Part shown: positions 1 through 12,110 of the stretch, piece by piece
How positions within the stretch are numbered: position 1 is the stretch's first letter
Layout of the letters: every line of letters begins with the position of its first letter
Origin: Amphiscolops sp. MND2022
Taxonomy: Eukaryota
NCBI GenBank assembly: GCA_964187785.1
Contig: OZ076409.1
Span: forward strand, 97,962,001 to 98,026,000
Direction of reading: 5' to 3'
DNA: 64,000 nucleotides
Program-made: the position numbers and the translations under genes
The notes under the pieces: generated by a model
Told to the model about the DNA's origin: nothing
Seen by the model: the letters and a program-made list of their open reading frames with translations, nothing else
Database searches by the model: none

Positions 1-3000
1 CAATATTCTTGCCTCATTAAGTTGAGTGTTATCTGGCCCCCACCATGAAGGGAACCTTCATGAAAATGACGAATTACGAGGATGGTAAAATGCCCAGAGG
101 GTGGAAGAAGAACAGGAAACTTCTTGTTTTCCGAATAATAGGATTGAGCAAGTCGGCCGCCGACTCTTATGACTTTAAATTCTTCATCAAAGAATGGATT
201 AAGATTCAGCAGGTTACTTTTGCAATTAATGGGACGCCTTTGGGAAAGAGCAGTGAACTCGTTGATGAAGTAAATTCTTTGCAGTTGAGAGACGATTAGA
301 AATTTTGCTGTTTGTATTTCAGCAAATGAATAAGAACCTTTCGATATTCTTATGTCTGAGTGAAGAGCTTTGAGGAATATTTGCTTGATGCGAAGAATGA
401 AGCACACAGTGTTCAAAAGGCGTCGAAGTGACGAAAACCGAGAAATGTCGATTAACGGAATAGAATCTAATGACAAATTAGTTCCAGTTAAAGAACTTAC
501 AGCCTCTGTATTCGAAACAACTTCTTTTGTGATTCGTGTTTCAGGGGGTTCTGTAGTGTCTAGGGGAAGCTTGGGCCATTCTGAATGCTGTTTCATTAAC
601 CACGAAGGACCATACCACCACAGAGGGGATTTTTTGAGGTCGACTGGAGACATGCCTCTGGATGGCAGATCGGCTGGATTAGAAGTGGTTGGGACATGGT
701 TCCATTTGTCTGGAGAAATGCTGTCTTGTATGATGGCTACACGGTTTGCAACAAAAGTGGTCCACTTTCGGGGAGGCTTAGCAATCCACTGGAGTACAAT
801 AGTAGAGTCCGACCAAGCGAAAACTTCATAGTTTTGAAATTTCGTGAGATGAAGCAATTCTTCAATAATCTTGATTAACTTGCAGCCAAGGTGGGCAGCA
901 CATAATTCCAGTCTGGGAAGCGAGATCTGCTTGATAGGGGCAATACGACTTTTTGAAGCTAGAAGGCGAGTAGTTACAACCCCATTTTCGTCAACAAATC
1001 TAGAATAGACAGCTGCGGCATATGCTGATTCAGATGCATCAGTAAAAAGGTGAAGTTGGAAACTTTGGTTTTTTCCAGGGGACAAAAGACATCTGGGAAT
1101 AGCAAGGTCATTGAGGCTTGGTAGCTGTTCACGCAGTGTCATCCATTGATCTTGGATGTGCGGTGGAAGAAGTTCATCCCATTGAATTCCAGTCGTCCAA
1201 ATTTCCTGCATTAGTACCTTGTACCTGGTAATGATTGGAGCGAGCCAACCCAGTGGATCAAAGAGCTTGGACAAGTCGGATAAAAATGTCCGCTTTGTAT
1301 AGGCAGTCAATTCAAGAAGAAGGACTTCGAAGGTGAAAACATCCAGATTGGGCTTCCATTTGACACCGAGTGTTTTTATTTGATAATCATTATCCAAAAT
1401 TTTGTCTTTCTCAGCAGTTTCGCGAAGATGTGTTGGCAGATCCAAAGTGATTTCTGGATCACTTGATGTCCACTTTCGTAATTCAAACCCATGTTTCCGC
1501 AGTTCTTCGGAAACACCGAGCAGTAGAAGCTTGGCCTCAGCAGTGGAAGAAGCACCACTTAAGAAATCATCAACGTAGAAATCGTTTTGAATGGACGACA
1601 CAAAAAGTGTCTCCCCACATAGCTCGGCAACTTGTTTGAGGCATCTGGTGGCGTGGAAGGCTGAGGAGGCTATTCCGTACGTGACACGGGTCATACGGAG
1701 GTGCTGTAAAGGTTCGGTCGGATTATCTCGCCATAAGATACGATGAAAATCACGATCGTTTGTATCTAGACCAACTTGTCTATACATTTTAGCCACATCT
1801 CCACTGATGGCGACTCTGTGGAATCGGAATCGCATTAATGTTGAGAATAAATCCGGCTGTATAGTACTGCCAACCATCAGGGACTCATTCAATGAAATTC
1901 CACTTTGAGACTTTGCGGATCCGTCAAACACAACGCGTAGTTTCGTGGTTGTTGAATCTTCCTTAATTACGCTGTGATGAGGCAGATAGAAGACTTGGTC
2001 ACATGGTTTTTCAAGGTCAGCATTGGGAACAAGCTCCAAATGACCGAGGTCACGGAATTCTTGGATAAATTCTTTGTATTTTGTCTTGGTATTTGGCATT
2101 GATTGCAATCGTTTTTCTAGTGAGAAAAATCGTCTTTGAGCTTGCTGAAGACTTTCGCCTAGTTTTGGAGATTCTTTCTTAAATGGCAGTTTTACAATGA
2201 ATCGGCCATTGTCGTCTTGAGTAGTGGTAGCGCGGAAATGCTCTTCGCATGCGATTTCTTCTTTAGTGAGTTTTGATTGTGTCGGAATTTGTTCTAGTTC
2301 CCAAAAATTTTTCAAATTAAATTCTGAAGTGACATGATAGGATTGCGTGGGATGATTGGTTCTGGACGAAGTTTGTCCTGATGCTACCCAACCAAACTCA
2401 GTTTTACGAAAGTATAGGCCATTGCTAGTTTTGATTTTTTCATCCAATACAACATCTTCGAAAATATCTGCTCCTAAGATCAGATCAATCTCACGTGGAT
2501 TTAAGTAGTCTGTGTCAGCCAAAGGACTTACTTCAGGTGGTACAACTATCCGTTCTGGATTTTGCACAGAGGGCATGGTTGAAGCTAGCCTTGGCAAGAT
2601 GAATGCTCTAACATTGAAAATTTTGTTGGAATCAATAGTTGATTTGATTTGAAATTGAGTTGAGGCAGTTGGAGTTCTTTGTTTTCTATCTCCAATTCCA
2701 GTTAGATGGAGCATTTGCTTTTTCCTCTTCAAGTTGAGTAATTGAGCGCAACTTTCAGTGATAAAAGAGCTTTGAGAACCACTATCCAAAAGGGCTCTGC
2801 ATGAGATGATAGAGTTGTCCGATGAAATGACGTTGACCATAGCGGTAGGAAGAAGTGTACAAAAACTGTCTCCCCACTTCGTGGAAAGGTTACTTTGAAC
2901 CTTTTCGCTTGTTCTACGAATGGAATCATCATGGAGCATGGTATGATGCTTTTTCTGACATTTCTGACAAGTGTTTTTGGACTTGCAATCTTTCGTTTGG

Positions 3001-3926
3001 TGACCAAGACGTAAGCAATTGAAGCAAACTTTCAAAATTTTGACTTTATCTCGTTTTTCTGTGATAGATAGCTGTTTGAAATGATCACACATGAAGAGTT
3101 TGTGAGATGCCTTGCATTGAGGACAGCTTTGAATGCCACTGTGGTAATTTTGGACCGGTTTTTCTTGTGAAGTTTTGTCTTGATTTGAATTTCTTGTGGA
3201 CTTACCAGTCGCTTCAAGGGCATTTGCTCGTGCCTCCAAAAATGTTTTGAATTGATTCATTGTCTGGATTTCATCTCCAGTTGAATTAAGCTCCCATTGA
3301 CGTCGTGTAGGGTAGTCTAATTTCTGGGATAGAACTCTGACTAAGAAACAGCTGAGTTGATCTTCTTCCTTTACAAGTTCGTTCAAAGCCATTGTGTTTT
3401 CCACAAAACAATTGACTAAGCTGCGAATGCCTTCTGCAGACTCTTGATTCAAGGGCTTGAAATTGAGAATAGCATCGATATGAGCTCGTGAAATCAGGCG
3501 TTTGTTTTCATATCTTTCCTTCAGGAGTTTCACTGCGACTTTGTAATTTGCACTTGTGATTGGTAAATGGGATAAAAGTTTGGCTGGCTCACCTTTTAAA
3601 CTTGATTTGAGATAGTGGAGTTTTTGAATCTCTGGCAATCCATCGTTCGAGTCAACTGATCCATTGAAAAGGTCAAAGAAGGGTGTCCAATTCTGATAAT
3701 TGCCATCGAACTTTGGTAGATCTAGTTTGGGTAATTTCAAGTGTGATGAAACTCCAACTGAATGATTGGATTCACTCCCTTCGTTTTGTGTTTGGTTGAA
3801 GCTGTCGATGATGTGTTCCAATTGCTTCTTCAATTTCCTGAATTCGAAGTCTTTTTTATCAATTAGCTCTAATTCAGCTTCAATTTCATTTTCATCGGCC
3901 TTAACAGTCTTAAATGAATGAGGCCT
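1..3926 (-). mobile_element. Bel/Pao LTR retrotransposon gag-pol ORF (gag, CCHC knuckles, aspartic protease, RT, RNase H, start of integrase); 5'-truncated, runs off the left edge
   Basis: Manual minus-strand translation: LKLPKLDLPKFDGNYQNWTPFFDLF (DUF1759-type gag, ~3740), CPQCKASHKLFMC/CFNCLRLGHQTKDC/CQKCQKKHHTMLH, RALLDSGSQSSFI (~2780), YLPHHSVIKEDSTTTKLRVVFD, FYVDD (1566-1580), LHLFTDASESAY, WSDSTIVL, NPADLPSRG, HFHEGSLHGG. Gag and YVDD are in the same frame. Absence from the ORF track fits no in-frame stop before the edge. Confidence 0.95.
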
Positions 3927-4145
3927 TCAGGGTCTAAGAACTAGTTCATCGTTAAATGGTTACAAATTTTTCAAAAAGTGTTTCGCTGACAAGTATTCAA
4001 TTTTCTGCAGTTGAATGTGTCGTTAGTGTTAAGTGATAGAAAGCATCACAAATTATACGTAGCGATTTTGGATTAACTCGACAATGCAAAAACTGAAATT
4101 CAACAGCAAATTTCGGAAAAATGCATCGAAGACAGGCACCATCAG

Positions 4146-5381
4146 CTAGGCTCCAACTAATATATTAACCACCCGCATATCGCACGTTTTAATCCCGCGC
4201 CGCAAACCGCAAATTACAGAAAAACAGACCGCGCTGATTGGATGAAATTATAAAAACAACTATATTGGAGAAAAATATTGGAAACTTTACCGGCTAATTA
4301 CCAGTCTATCTAAAAGGACCGCGCGTATTGAAATCCCAAGATAGTTTTTAGGCTTGTTTATGCCCATAGTACAGAGGGGCGTGTCGGTAAAGGTAAATGA
4401 AAGAAAAGGCAAAGAAAAACAGGTGTCAAAACACTGCAAGCTGCAGAGCCTCCTTGCAGTGTCAATAACGGTCCCATGAAAACAAATTCTGAAAACATCG
4501 GCAAATGGAGGATGATTTATAAAATAGGTCATCGTATCTCAATTTTATTGAACGTCCAGAGAAAAGAAAAAGGTGTTGATTCTAGGATTAGTCGCACCCG
4601 AGGGATTGTGAAGTTCATGACAGCCCTCCCTCCTGGACAACAGCGCTAATCGAAGATTCCAGACTAGTTGACAACGTGTGGACGTACAGCCTCTGAGAGA
4701 GGACGCAGCTGCGGAGTAGGGCGAAACTTATTTTAGTTCCGATATATCTAATGGCTTCAGAGTAACTTTCAGTGCTTTTTTCGTTCACTTTTGACGCAAG
4801 TCTGGTTATTACTTTCGTGGCTGATGGTCCAGCTCCACCAGTGCAGGCAAATACGAGCAGGTTGAAAGTCCTCTTTCCAACGTTGATAATTCGCGACTAA
4901 TATTTGAGCTTCTGTGTTTCGTGAAAGTTGTATGCCTCGTTGGTATCTTTCGGGCATATTTGGCTAGTGGGTTAAAAATTTTTACGTCGAAGAAAATTCG
5001 GCAAAAGCGTAAATCCCAGAGTCCGTTGGCTTTAATGTGGTCTTTTAATGAAATTATTAAAAATAAATTTTAGGATGTAATACCGCCGTTCAACTTATTT
5101 TAACACGTAGTAAACGTATAATTTCACCATTTAAACATATATACATTGCTTTTAACCAAGGAATGGCACAAATTACAAAGGAATACTCTTCATTATATCG
5201 ATTTGACTTCATGCTTAAAAATGCTTCATGTGATTTGAGTACCTTTGATGCATTATTTGATAACGATGTTGAATAAAAAACTTTTCATGATTTTGTTTCC
5301 GACCGCATGGTAAAACCGCAATTCGCAGATTATCGTGAAAAACCGCAGAAATTCAAAAATGCGGTGCGGGTTGGAGCCTTG
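4146..5381. mobile_element. Non-autonomous hAT-like element with nested cargo
   Basis: Terminal inverted repeats ctaggctccaac / gttggagccttg (11/12 match); flanking 8-mers accatcag / acaatcag (TSD, 1 mismatch); subterminal ccgca repeats. Confidence 0.65.
4590..5040 (-). mobile_element. Decayed 3' end of a CRE-like non-LTR retrotransposon (restriction-like endonuclease region)
   Basis: Frameshifted translation IKANGLWDLRFCRIFFDVKIFNPLAK ... RIINVGKRTFNLLVFACTGGAGPSATKVITRLASK ... YSEAIRYIGTKISFALLRSCVL ... SSISAVVQEGGLS*, a pattern I recognise from REL-endonuclease LINE C-termini. A related 3'-end fragment lies at ~13468-13525. Confidence 0.7.
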
Positions 5382-5632
5382 ACAATCAGTCTTTTGGGAA
5401 GATTTGAAAAATTAGAGATTTCACACAATTGAAACTCAAATTTTGTCTGACAACAACTAAACATCGAATTCTGTTCGTTGCATCGAATTATTTAACCTAA
5501 TAAACGTTACGTCAATAATCTATTCATTATAGTTCGATTTGAACGTTTGACACTGGTTAAGATTCAAAACTTTCACCTTCTTCCTGGGAAGACTTAATGA
5601 AATTCGGGAAAACGTCAAAAATGGTTGCAGCG

Positions 5633-8565
5633 CATTTTCTATCACATACGTTGTATCAGAGAACGGCATTTGAGCTCAATTTTTTAAAAAAGAAAAGTTC
5701 GAAACTGATTAGAACACGCCTTCCTTAAATATGATTCGTAAATTACAAATACTTCAGATATGGCACATTTTTTAACACGATTGAATTTCGAGCGATTTCA
5801 TTAGCAATTCAAAATAGGAGGCAACGAATAAAATGTCCAAACTCATGCCTTTGATATTATTCTCGAAATATTGCAACTCTTTAATCTTGTAAAAACCCAC
5901 ATAGTATGAAAATTCCCAGTATTTTTCCGCAATGAAGGCAATGTTCCATGAAGAACAAGCCGAGAACGGCCAAAGTCGGCGCCATATCTAAGATTCAAAA
6001 TTTAAAAGGGGGACCCTTCGGGCTTTGTGAAACTCCAGCTGGTTGCAAAAAATTTTTAAAAAATGAAGGGGGACCCTTTGGAGACATGAAAAATTTCCCA
6101 AAAAAATTTTTCATATGAGATTTTTGAACAGTGTCACAGTGCCGAAAAATGTAAAAGGGGGGACCCTTTGCGATTTTTTGACATCCATTGTGTTGCAAAA
6201 TATCGAAACAAATGAAGGGGGGACCCTCTGGTGCAATCCAAAAAACTTCAAAAAAATGTCGCAAAGTGCCGAAAAAAAGTGGGGCTAAGGTGGGATCTTT
6301 AGTGTGTTTTCGAGGTTGTGGACGTCTGTTTTGTTTTTTCTTTTCGTTTTGGACGCGCTTCTGAGGTTGGAGTTGTTGAGGTTTGAAGTTGCTGAGGTTT
6401 GAGGTTGTTGAACAAATGAACAAAAAAGTGGACCTTTCGTGTCTAAAAAAAACTACCCACTGTAATAGTCGGGCACATTTTCTACTAAAATGCGCCGACT
6501 AAAAACACTATAATAGGCGAAATATAATAAGTAAACACTGAAATGTCAGGAAGAGATTTTTTCGAAATTTTTTTGGTCTCCGGTAAGTCGCACAGTGCCA
6601 AAAAAAGTAGAAGGGGGGCCTTTGGGAGTTTTTGAACATCCATTCTTTTGCAAATAGGAAAAAATGAAGGGGACCCTTTGGAGACAATTCAAAAAATTTG
6701 CGAAAAAAAGTATCACAAAGCCGAAAAAACCTGCACAAAAAATTTTTGGTCAAGGTTGGACTCAAACCCACGTCCTTCTGCTTGGCAGACCTCAAAAAAA
6801 CCCGTAACCTCTATGCCAAGTGCCAGTAGAAGTTACAAGTGTGGCAATTAGTGGATCATGAAAATTGTAAAAAGTGGACCATTCAGAGTGAGATTGTCAG
6901 CTGAAAAGAAAACAAGACGGGATCGTCTCAAGTCGGCGCCATATCTAAGGCTCAAAAATATTCAAGGAACAACTATTAGAAACATTTGCAAAAAATTTTT
7001 TTTCAAAAAAAATATTTTTGGAAATTTTTTCGAAAAAAGTATTTTTTAAGTCGCACAATACCGAAAAACTCAAAAAGAAGCCATTCAGGTTCATTACATA
7101 CATTTTCTATCACATACGTTGTATCAGAGAACGGCATTTGAGCTCAATTTTTTAAAAAAGAAAAGTTCGAAACTGATTAGAACACGCCTTCCTTAAATAT
7201 GATTCGTAAATTACAAATACTTCAGATATGGCACATTTTTTAACACGATTGAATTTCGAGCGATTTCATTAGCAATTCAAAATAGGAGGCAACGAATAAA
7301 ATGTCCAAACTCATGCCTTTGATATTATTCTCGAAATATTGCAACTCTTTAATCTTGTAAAAACCCACATAGTATGAAAATTCCCAGTATTTTTCCGCAA
7401 TGAAGGCAATGTTCCATGAAGAACAAGCCGAGAACGGCCAAAGTCGGCGCCATATCTAAGATTCAAAATTTAAAAGGGGGACCCTTCGGGCTTTGTGAAA
7501 CTCCAGCTGGTTGCAAAAAATTTTTAAAAAATGAAGGGGGACCCTTTGGAGACATGAAAAATTTCCCAAAAAAATTTTTCATATGAGATTTTTGAACAGT
7601 GTCACAGTGCCGAAAAATGTAAAAGGGGGGGACCCTTTGCGATTTTTTGACATCCATTGTGTTGCAAAATATCGAAACAAATGAAGGGGGGACCCTCTGG
7701 TGCAATCCAAAAAACTTCAAAAAAATGTCGCAAAGTGCCGAAAAAAAGTGGGGCTAAGGTGGGATCTTTAGTGTGTTTTCGAGGTTGTGGACGTCTGTTT
7801 TGTTTTTTCTTTTCGTTTTGGACGCGCTTCTGAGGTTGGAGTTGTTGAGGTTTGAAGTTGCTGAGGTTTGAGGTTGTTGAACAAATGAACAAAAAAGTGG
7901 ACCTTTCGTGTCTAAAAAAAACTACCCACTGTAATAGTCGGGCACATTTTCTACTAAAATGCGCCGACTAAAAACACTATAATAGGCGAAATATAATAAG
8001 TAAACACTGAAATGTCAGGAAGAGATTTTTTCGAAATTTTTTTGGTCTCCGGTAAGTCGCACAGTGCCAAAAAAAGTAGAAGGGGGCCTTTGGGAGTTTT
8101 TGAACATCCATTCTTTTGCAAATAGGAAAAAATGAAGGGGACCCTTTGGAGACAATTCAAAAAATTTGCGAAAAAAAGTATCACAAAGCCGAAAAAACCT
8201 GCACAAAAAATTTTTGGTCAAGGTTGGACACAAACCCACGTCCTTCTGCTTGGCAGACCTCAAAAAAACCCGTAACCTCTATGCCAAGTGCCAGTAGAAG
8301 TTACAAGTGTGGCAATTAGTGGATCATGAAAATTGTAAAAAGTGGACCATTCAGAGTGAGATTGTCAGCTGAAAAGAAAACAAGACGGGATCGTCTCAAG
8401 TCGGCGCCATATCTAAGGCTCAAAAATATTCAAGGAACAACTATTAGAAACATTTGCAAAAAATTTTTTTTCAAAAAAAAATATTTTTGGAAATTTTTTC
8501 GAAAAAAGTATTTTTTAAGTCGCACAATACCGAAAAACTCAAAAAGAAGCCATTCAGGTTCATTA
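5633..8565. repeat. Near-perfect 1.46-kb tandem duplication (5633-7096 and 7101-8565)
   Basis: Both copies start cattttctatcacatacg and end ccattcaggttcatta, separated by 'cata'. Visible differences are homopolymer lengths and one substitution (ggactcaaac vs ggacacaaac). Confidence 0.95.
5954..6505 (-). mobile_element. Helentron-associated (DINE-1/HINE-like) non-autonomous element, family A
   Basis: On minus: 5' ttttt-agtcggcgc-attttagtagaaaatg-tgcccgact (subTIR plus partial IR); central gggtccccc/cggcact repeats; 3' ggcgccgact subTIR, short gccg-ttct-cggc hairpin, ends cttgtt. Duplicate at ~7422-7974. Confidence 0.8.
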
Positions 8566-9099
8566 AACGTTTTTACAAACCGAAAACTTCAAAAAAATGC
8601 AAGGGGGTACCCTTTGATAGAATCCGAAAATTTTCGAAAAAAAGTCGCATGGTGCCGAAAAAAAAACAAATAAAAAAACGAAACGAAAAAAATCTTTGGT
8701 CTCGCATCTATTTTTGGAAGCATAAAAAATTGTGGTTTAGTGCGAGAATCGAACCCACGATCTCCTGCTTCTCAGAAAATTAGTTGAACAAATGAACAAA
8801 GATTGTAAGAAAGGTGGACCATGTAGAGTGAGATTGTCAACTGAAAAAGAAAAAAAACTACCCACTGTAATAGTCGGGTCGGGCTTTTTTCCTTAAGGGA
8901 AAAGGCGCCGACTAAAAAACTACCCACTGTAATAGTCGGGTCGGGCTTTTTTCCTTAAGGGAAAAGGCGCCGACTAAAAAACTACCCACTGTAATAGTCG
9001 GGTCGGGCTTTTTTCCTTAAGGGAAAAGGCGCCGACTATAAAACTGCCCACTGTAATAGTCGGGCTTTTTTCCTTCAGGGAAAAGGCGCCGACTAAAAA
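8379..9099 (-). mobile_element. HINE family A copy with tRNA-like B-box segment and four-fold tandem 5' terminus
   Basis: Left end aacaagacgggatcgtctcaagtcggcgcc; B-box-like gggttcgattctcgc (minus, ~8740-8760); four 62-bp terminal units at 8851-9099. Confidence 0.75.
8851..9099. repeat. 62-bp tandem repeat x4 of the HINE terminal hairpin
   Basis: cccactgtaatagtcggg recurs at 8861, 8923, 8985 and 9047; each unit ends ggcgccgacta. Confidence 0.95.
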
Positions 9100-9145
9100 T
9101 TAATTTAGGGCGGTGGCCCGAAATAATTTCAAGATCATTTCCTCC

Positions 9146-9589
9146 AAGAAGAAGAAGAAGAAGAAGAAGAAGAAGAAGAAGAAGAAGAAGAAGAAGAAGA
9201 AGAAGAAGAAAATGAAGAAAGTTTATTTCCCCAATTCCGCGGGGTGGACGCCGAATAAGCAGTTCTTATTAGTCGGTGCCCTTTCAGATACTATCTCCCC
9301 ATAGCAAGCTATGGTACCATATTTGCAGCCAAGTGGTCAACCAATGGTAGTTCGGCTTAAAGCTGTGGTTGCAAATTGACTTGCTCAAGGTCACAAAGCT
9401 CCGACTGCTCACCATTGCTCTTTTCATTTTGCTTTTCTCCGCCAAATGGGTAATTTTTTGTCACTGACCACTACCACTAAGCTATGGATGGAGAACTTGC
9501 TTAAGGACCAACAATGGCGAGTTGAGAGATTCGAACCTGTTACCGCCCCAGTACAGGACGTGGTCTCTAACCACTACACCATGCTCCCC
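9146..9589 (-). mobile_element. tRNA-derived SINE with (CTT)n tail
   Basis: Minus 5' end GGGGAGCA-TGGTGTAGTGG (A box) ... GGTTCGAATCT (B box); ~300-bp body; ends in AATAAA-like sequence plus ~21 GAA/CTT units (9146-9210). The 3' body recurs at ~40890-41005. Confidence 0.75.
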
Positions 9590-9616
9590 GTTTCGAACGA
9601 GGGAACATACACGTAC

Positions 9617-9837
9617 CGTGTGTTGATGACTGACACAGGGGGGCTGCCCTCAGTGCTGCGAGAGCTGTCTGGGTGGTCAGTCGGAGCCCCTCCCCCTGCT
9701 CCTGCTCCCCTCCTGTGTGGTCTGATGACGTCACCCAACAACGATGACGTCACTCCACTGCGGTCAGCGTAGCGCACCTCGTCTATCTCCTTCATGAGGG
9801 AGTCAAGGTCATCCAAGTCCACGCGGGAATTCCGCGT
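9617..9837 (-). CDS. Internal coding exon (phase 0 to 2); downstream gene or alternative LARP6 3' exon
   Basis: GC-rich island; acceptor cttctctgttcAG|ACG, donor CG|GTacgt; open frame TRNSRVDLDDLDSLMKEIDEVRYADRSGVTSSLLGDVIRPHRRG...SPPVSVINTR. Confidence 0.8.
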
Positions 9838-9869
9838 CTGAACAGAGAAGATAATAATAAGTATTATTA

Positions 9870-10064
9870 TTTTCCGCCCACATATACTGGGCCAAGAAAA
9901 TCATGATCTGTGATGCGGTTTTTTTCCAAATTCTGCCAAATCTCCACGTTCCATCACTTGACTACTTTAACTACTTGACTATTTTATATAGTTACTTGGC
10001 GCAGTTAGTAGCAGACGCGAGGTTTTTAGCGGAAAACATCCCGGTGCTTACCGGGGGTCTTGTT
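9870..10064 (+). mobile_element. HINE-like family B copy with truncated tRNA-like core
   Basis: ttttccgc ... gcggaaaa subterminal inverted pair, cccggt-gctt-accggg hairpin, ends tcttgtt; homologous to 32127-32343. Confidence 0.6.
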
Positions 10065-10377
10065 ATTATTAAGAATTTACGAATTCAAGCGAAGAGATTT
10101 CTCCTAAAATGACACAGTCTCGAGTTCAGAGATAGGATTTTGAAGTCGACAAAAGATACAAAGACAAATAAAAGTAATCCAGGTGCAGGTTGAATGGTCG
10201 TTAAAAAATTTATTGAAATAAATCCACATAAGGCTCAGAATTCTTCATTTTAGTCCTTCTGATTTCTAGAAACACGCTTTGTTCCATATCAAATTCGCAC
10301 GATTTCAAATACAAACTACAGAAGTCACCGTACAATTCAGTAGTTCGATTTGAAAAAAAATCAATTAGGGCTGTTGG

Positions 10378-10770
10378 TTTTTAAGTCGGCGTGTTCGAAG
10401 GAAAAGCACGACTTTTATAGTGGCTAGTTTTTCATTAGTCAGGTAAACGCGATCGGTCCACTTTTTTGTTCATTTGTTCAACTTCTAGCTTTAGACTTCT
10501 AGATAAAACGTTTTCAAAGTTCAGATGTAACGTTTTCAAAGTTCAGATAAAACGTTTTCATTTCTCGTATAAAGTTATTGATTTTTTTGTCCAAACTTTC
10601 ACATAATTTCCGTCCAATTTAAAGCTTTAGGGTCAGGTTTTCAGTACTGTAAGACTTTTTTGGTTTTTCAAAAAATCTTTATTCAACAAGTGATCCTAAA
10701 ACCACGTCTCCGGGTATTTACACTTTTGTGCCTTGAACGGGGCGCCGACTTGGGCCGTCCCCGGCTTGTT
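10378..10770 (+). mobile_element. HINE family A copy
   Basis: tttttaagtcggcgtg...cacgactt at the 5' end; ggcgccgacttgggccgtccccggcttgtt at the 3' end. Confidence 0.75.
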
Positions 10771-11562
10771 TAGTTTTACATAATTTTCACGACGTACTTT
10801 CGAATTGCAAACTTCAACAAGCCGAGAACAGCTCGAAGTCGGCGAAAAAACGGTCAACAGAGATTCGAACTCCCGTTCTGCTGTTTCGGAAGCCAGTGCT
10901 CCAACCACTAGGCCAACTGTAATCCTGATGACCTATGGGACCTGTCAGCACGAACCCAATTGTGAATGAAATCTACAAACTCGGAGATTTGAAATTAATA
11001 CCCGATGGAAACTTACGTATGATTTTGCGGTGAATTATCCTGAAATAGCCAATCTTTAATTGTATGAAATGCTTCTATATAACATCTCTTAACTCATTCT
11101 TGAACCCCTGGGTGTATATAGGATTCTGAGGCTTGATCGTTCTCTATAAAAAACTTCCTTGTTTAATTTCCAGTCGATGTCAACCACGGAGTGTGAAATC
11201 TAACAAATCTGAAGCAAAAAATCCCGCGTTAGAGTTCTTGGGGGGTCTATATTTTTGCACCCGTGAGCATCGAAGACTTCTAGGCCAGTAAAGTCGGGCA
11301 TCAGGTCTGCAGAAGCTACTGGAAAAACTTTTACAACAAGGTCTGAGATACCAGTGTTCAAAGAGTTTACATGGAGTTTTTTTGGACTTTCATGATTTCC
11401 AAAATGGTCTACTGCCTGCCTTCAACCGCGAAAGTGGACTGGTAAGGTAAATCTAAAATGGGAAATCAAAAGCCTTATTGTAATAACACTTATCAAAAGA
11501 TAGGGCGAATAGTGGAAATGTTTTGGAACAATACTCTTGCCCTAAACGCTAACTCAAAAATA

Positions 11563-12110
11563 GGCCCCTCCGGGGCACATTTATATTTCTGCTTTAATCT
11601 TTCATTAATATATTACACTGCTTTGTTTTAAAACCAAGATGATTTTGTTTTTAATAACAAAGGTATAATTCAGTGTTTTTCAATAGAATCATATCGGGAA
11701 TACCAATACAGTGCTTAATCATTATATAGCGGACAATTAATCTCTGTACAAGGTTACACCGCCTTTAATTCTTCTCGGACTAAAGAAAATATAACTACTA
11801 AGCGTAGGCGAAATTTCGCATTCGCATTTGAATGCAGGCGAAGCCCTCCGAGAACGAATAATAACCACTCATTCGCTTCATCTCAATGACGTCAGCGTAC
11901 GAATGCATAATTACCACTCGCTCGTTTCATCGCACGAGTATTGAAATGTGGTCGGCAGCTTGAGAAATTTAATTCTCACGCTTACAGTCACTGCCGAACA
12001 AATATCTGAATTATTCAGTATCGTGCGAAGAATTGTACTGAAAAAAAGTAGACATCTTGAGATTTCAATAATATTCCTGCTATCGCAGAAATAATAATAT
12101 TCAATCAAAA
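11563..12110. repeat. Interspersed repeat family (other copies ~36508-36982 and ~58041-58510)
   Basis: Shared ggcccct..ggggcac hairpin end and core ttcgcttcatctcaa...tacgaatgcataattaccactcgctcgtt...cttatactcactgccgaacaaaatatctgaa. Confidence 0.8.

Noticed and set aside
45..878. Plus-strand ORFs 45-299, 370-831 and 696-878
   Set aside because: Antisense shadows of the Pao pol frame.
5995..8783. K/F-rich ORFs with KGPP/GGTL motifs here and across the window
   Set aside because: Spurious translations of HINE internal repeats; frames differ between copies through homopolymer indels.
9113..9304. Poly-lysine ORF
   Set aside because: Translation of the (GAA)n SINE tail.
11040..11520. Possible decayed coding sequence
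   Set aside because: Stops in the frames examined and no motif I could recognise.
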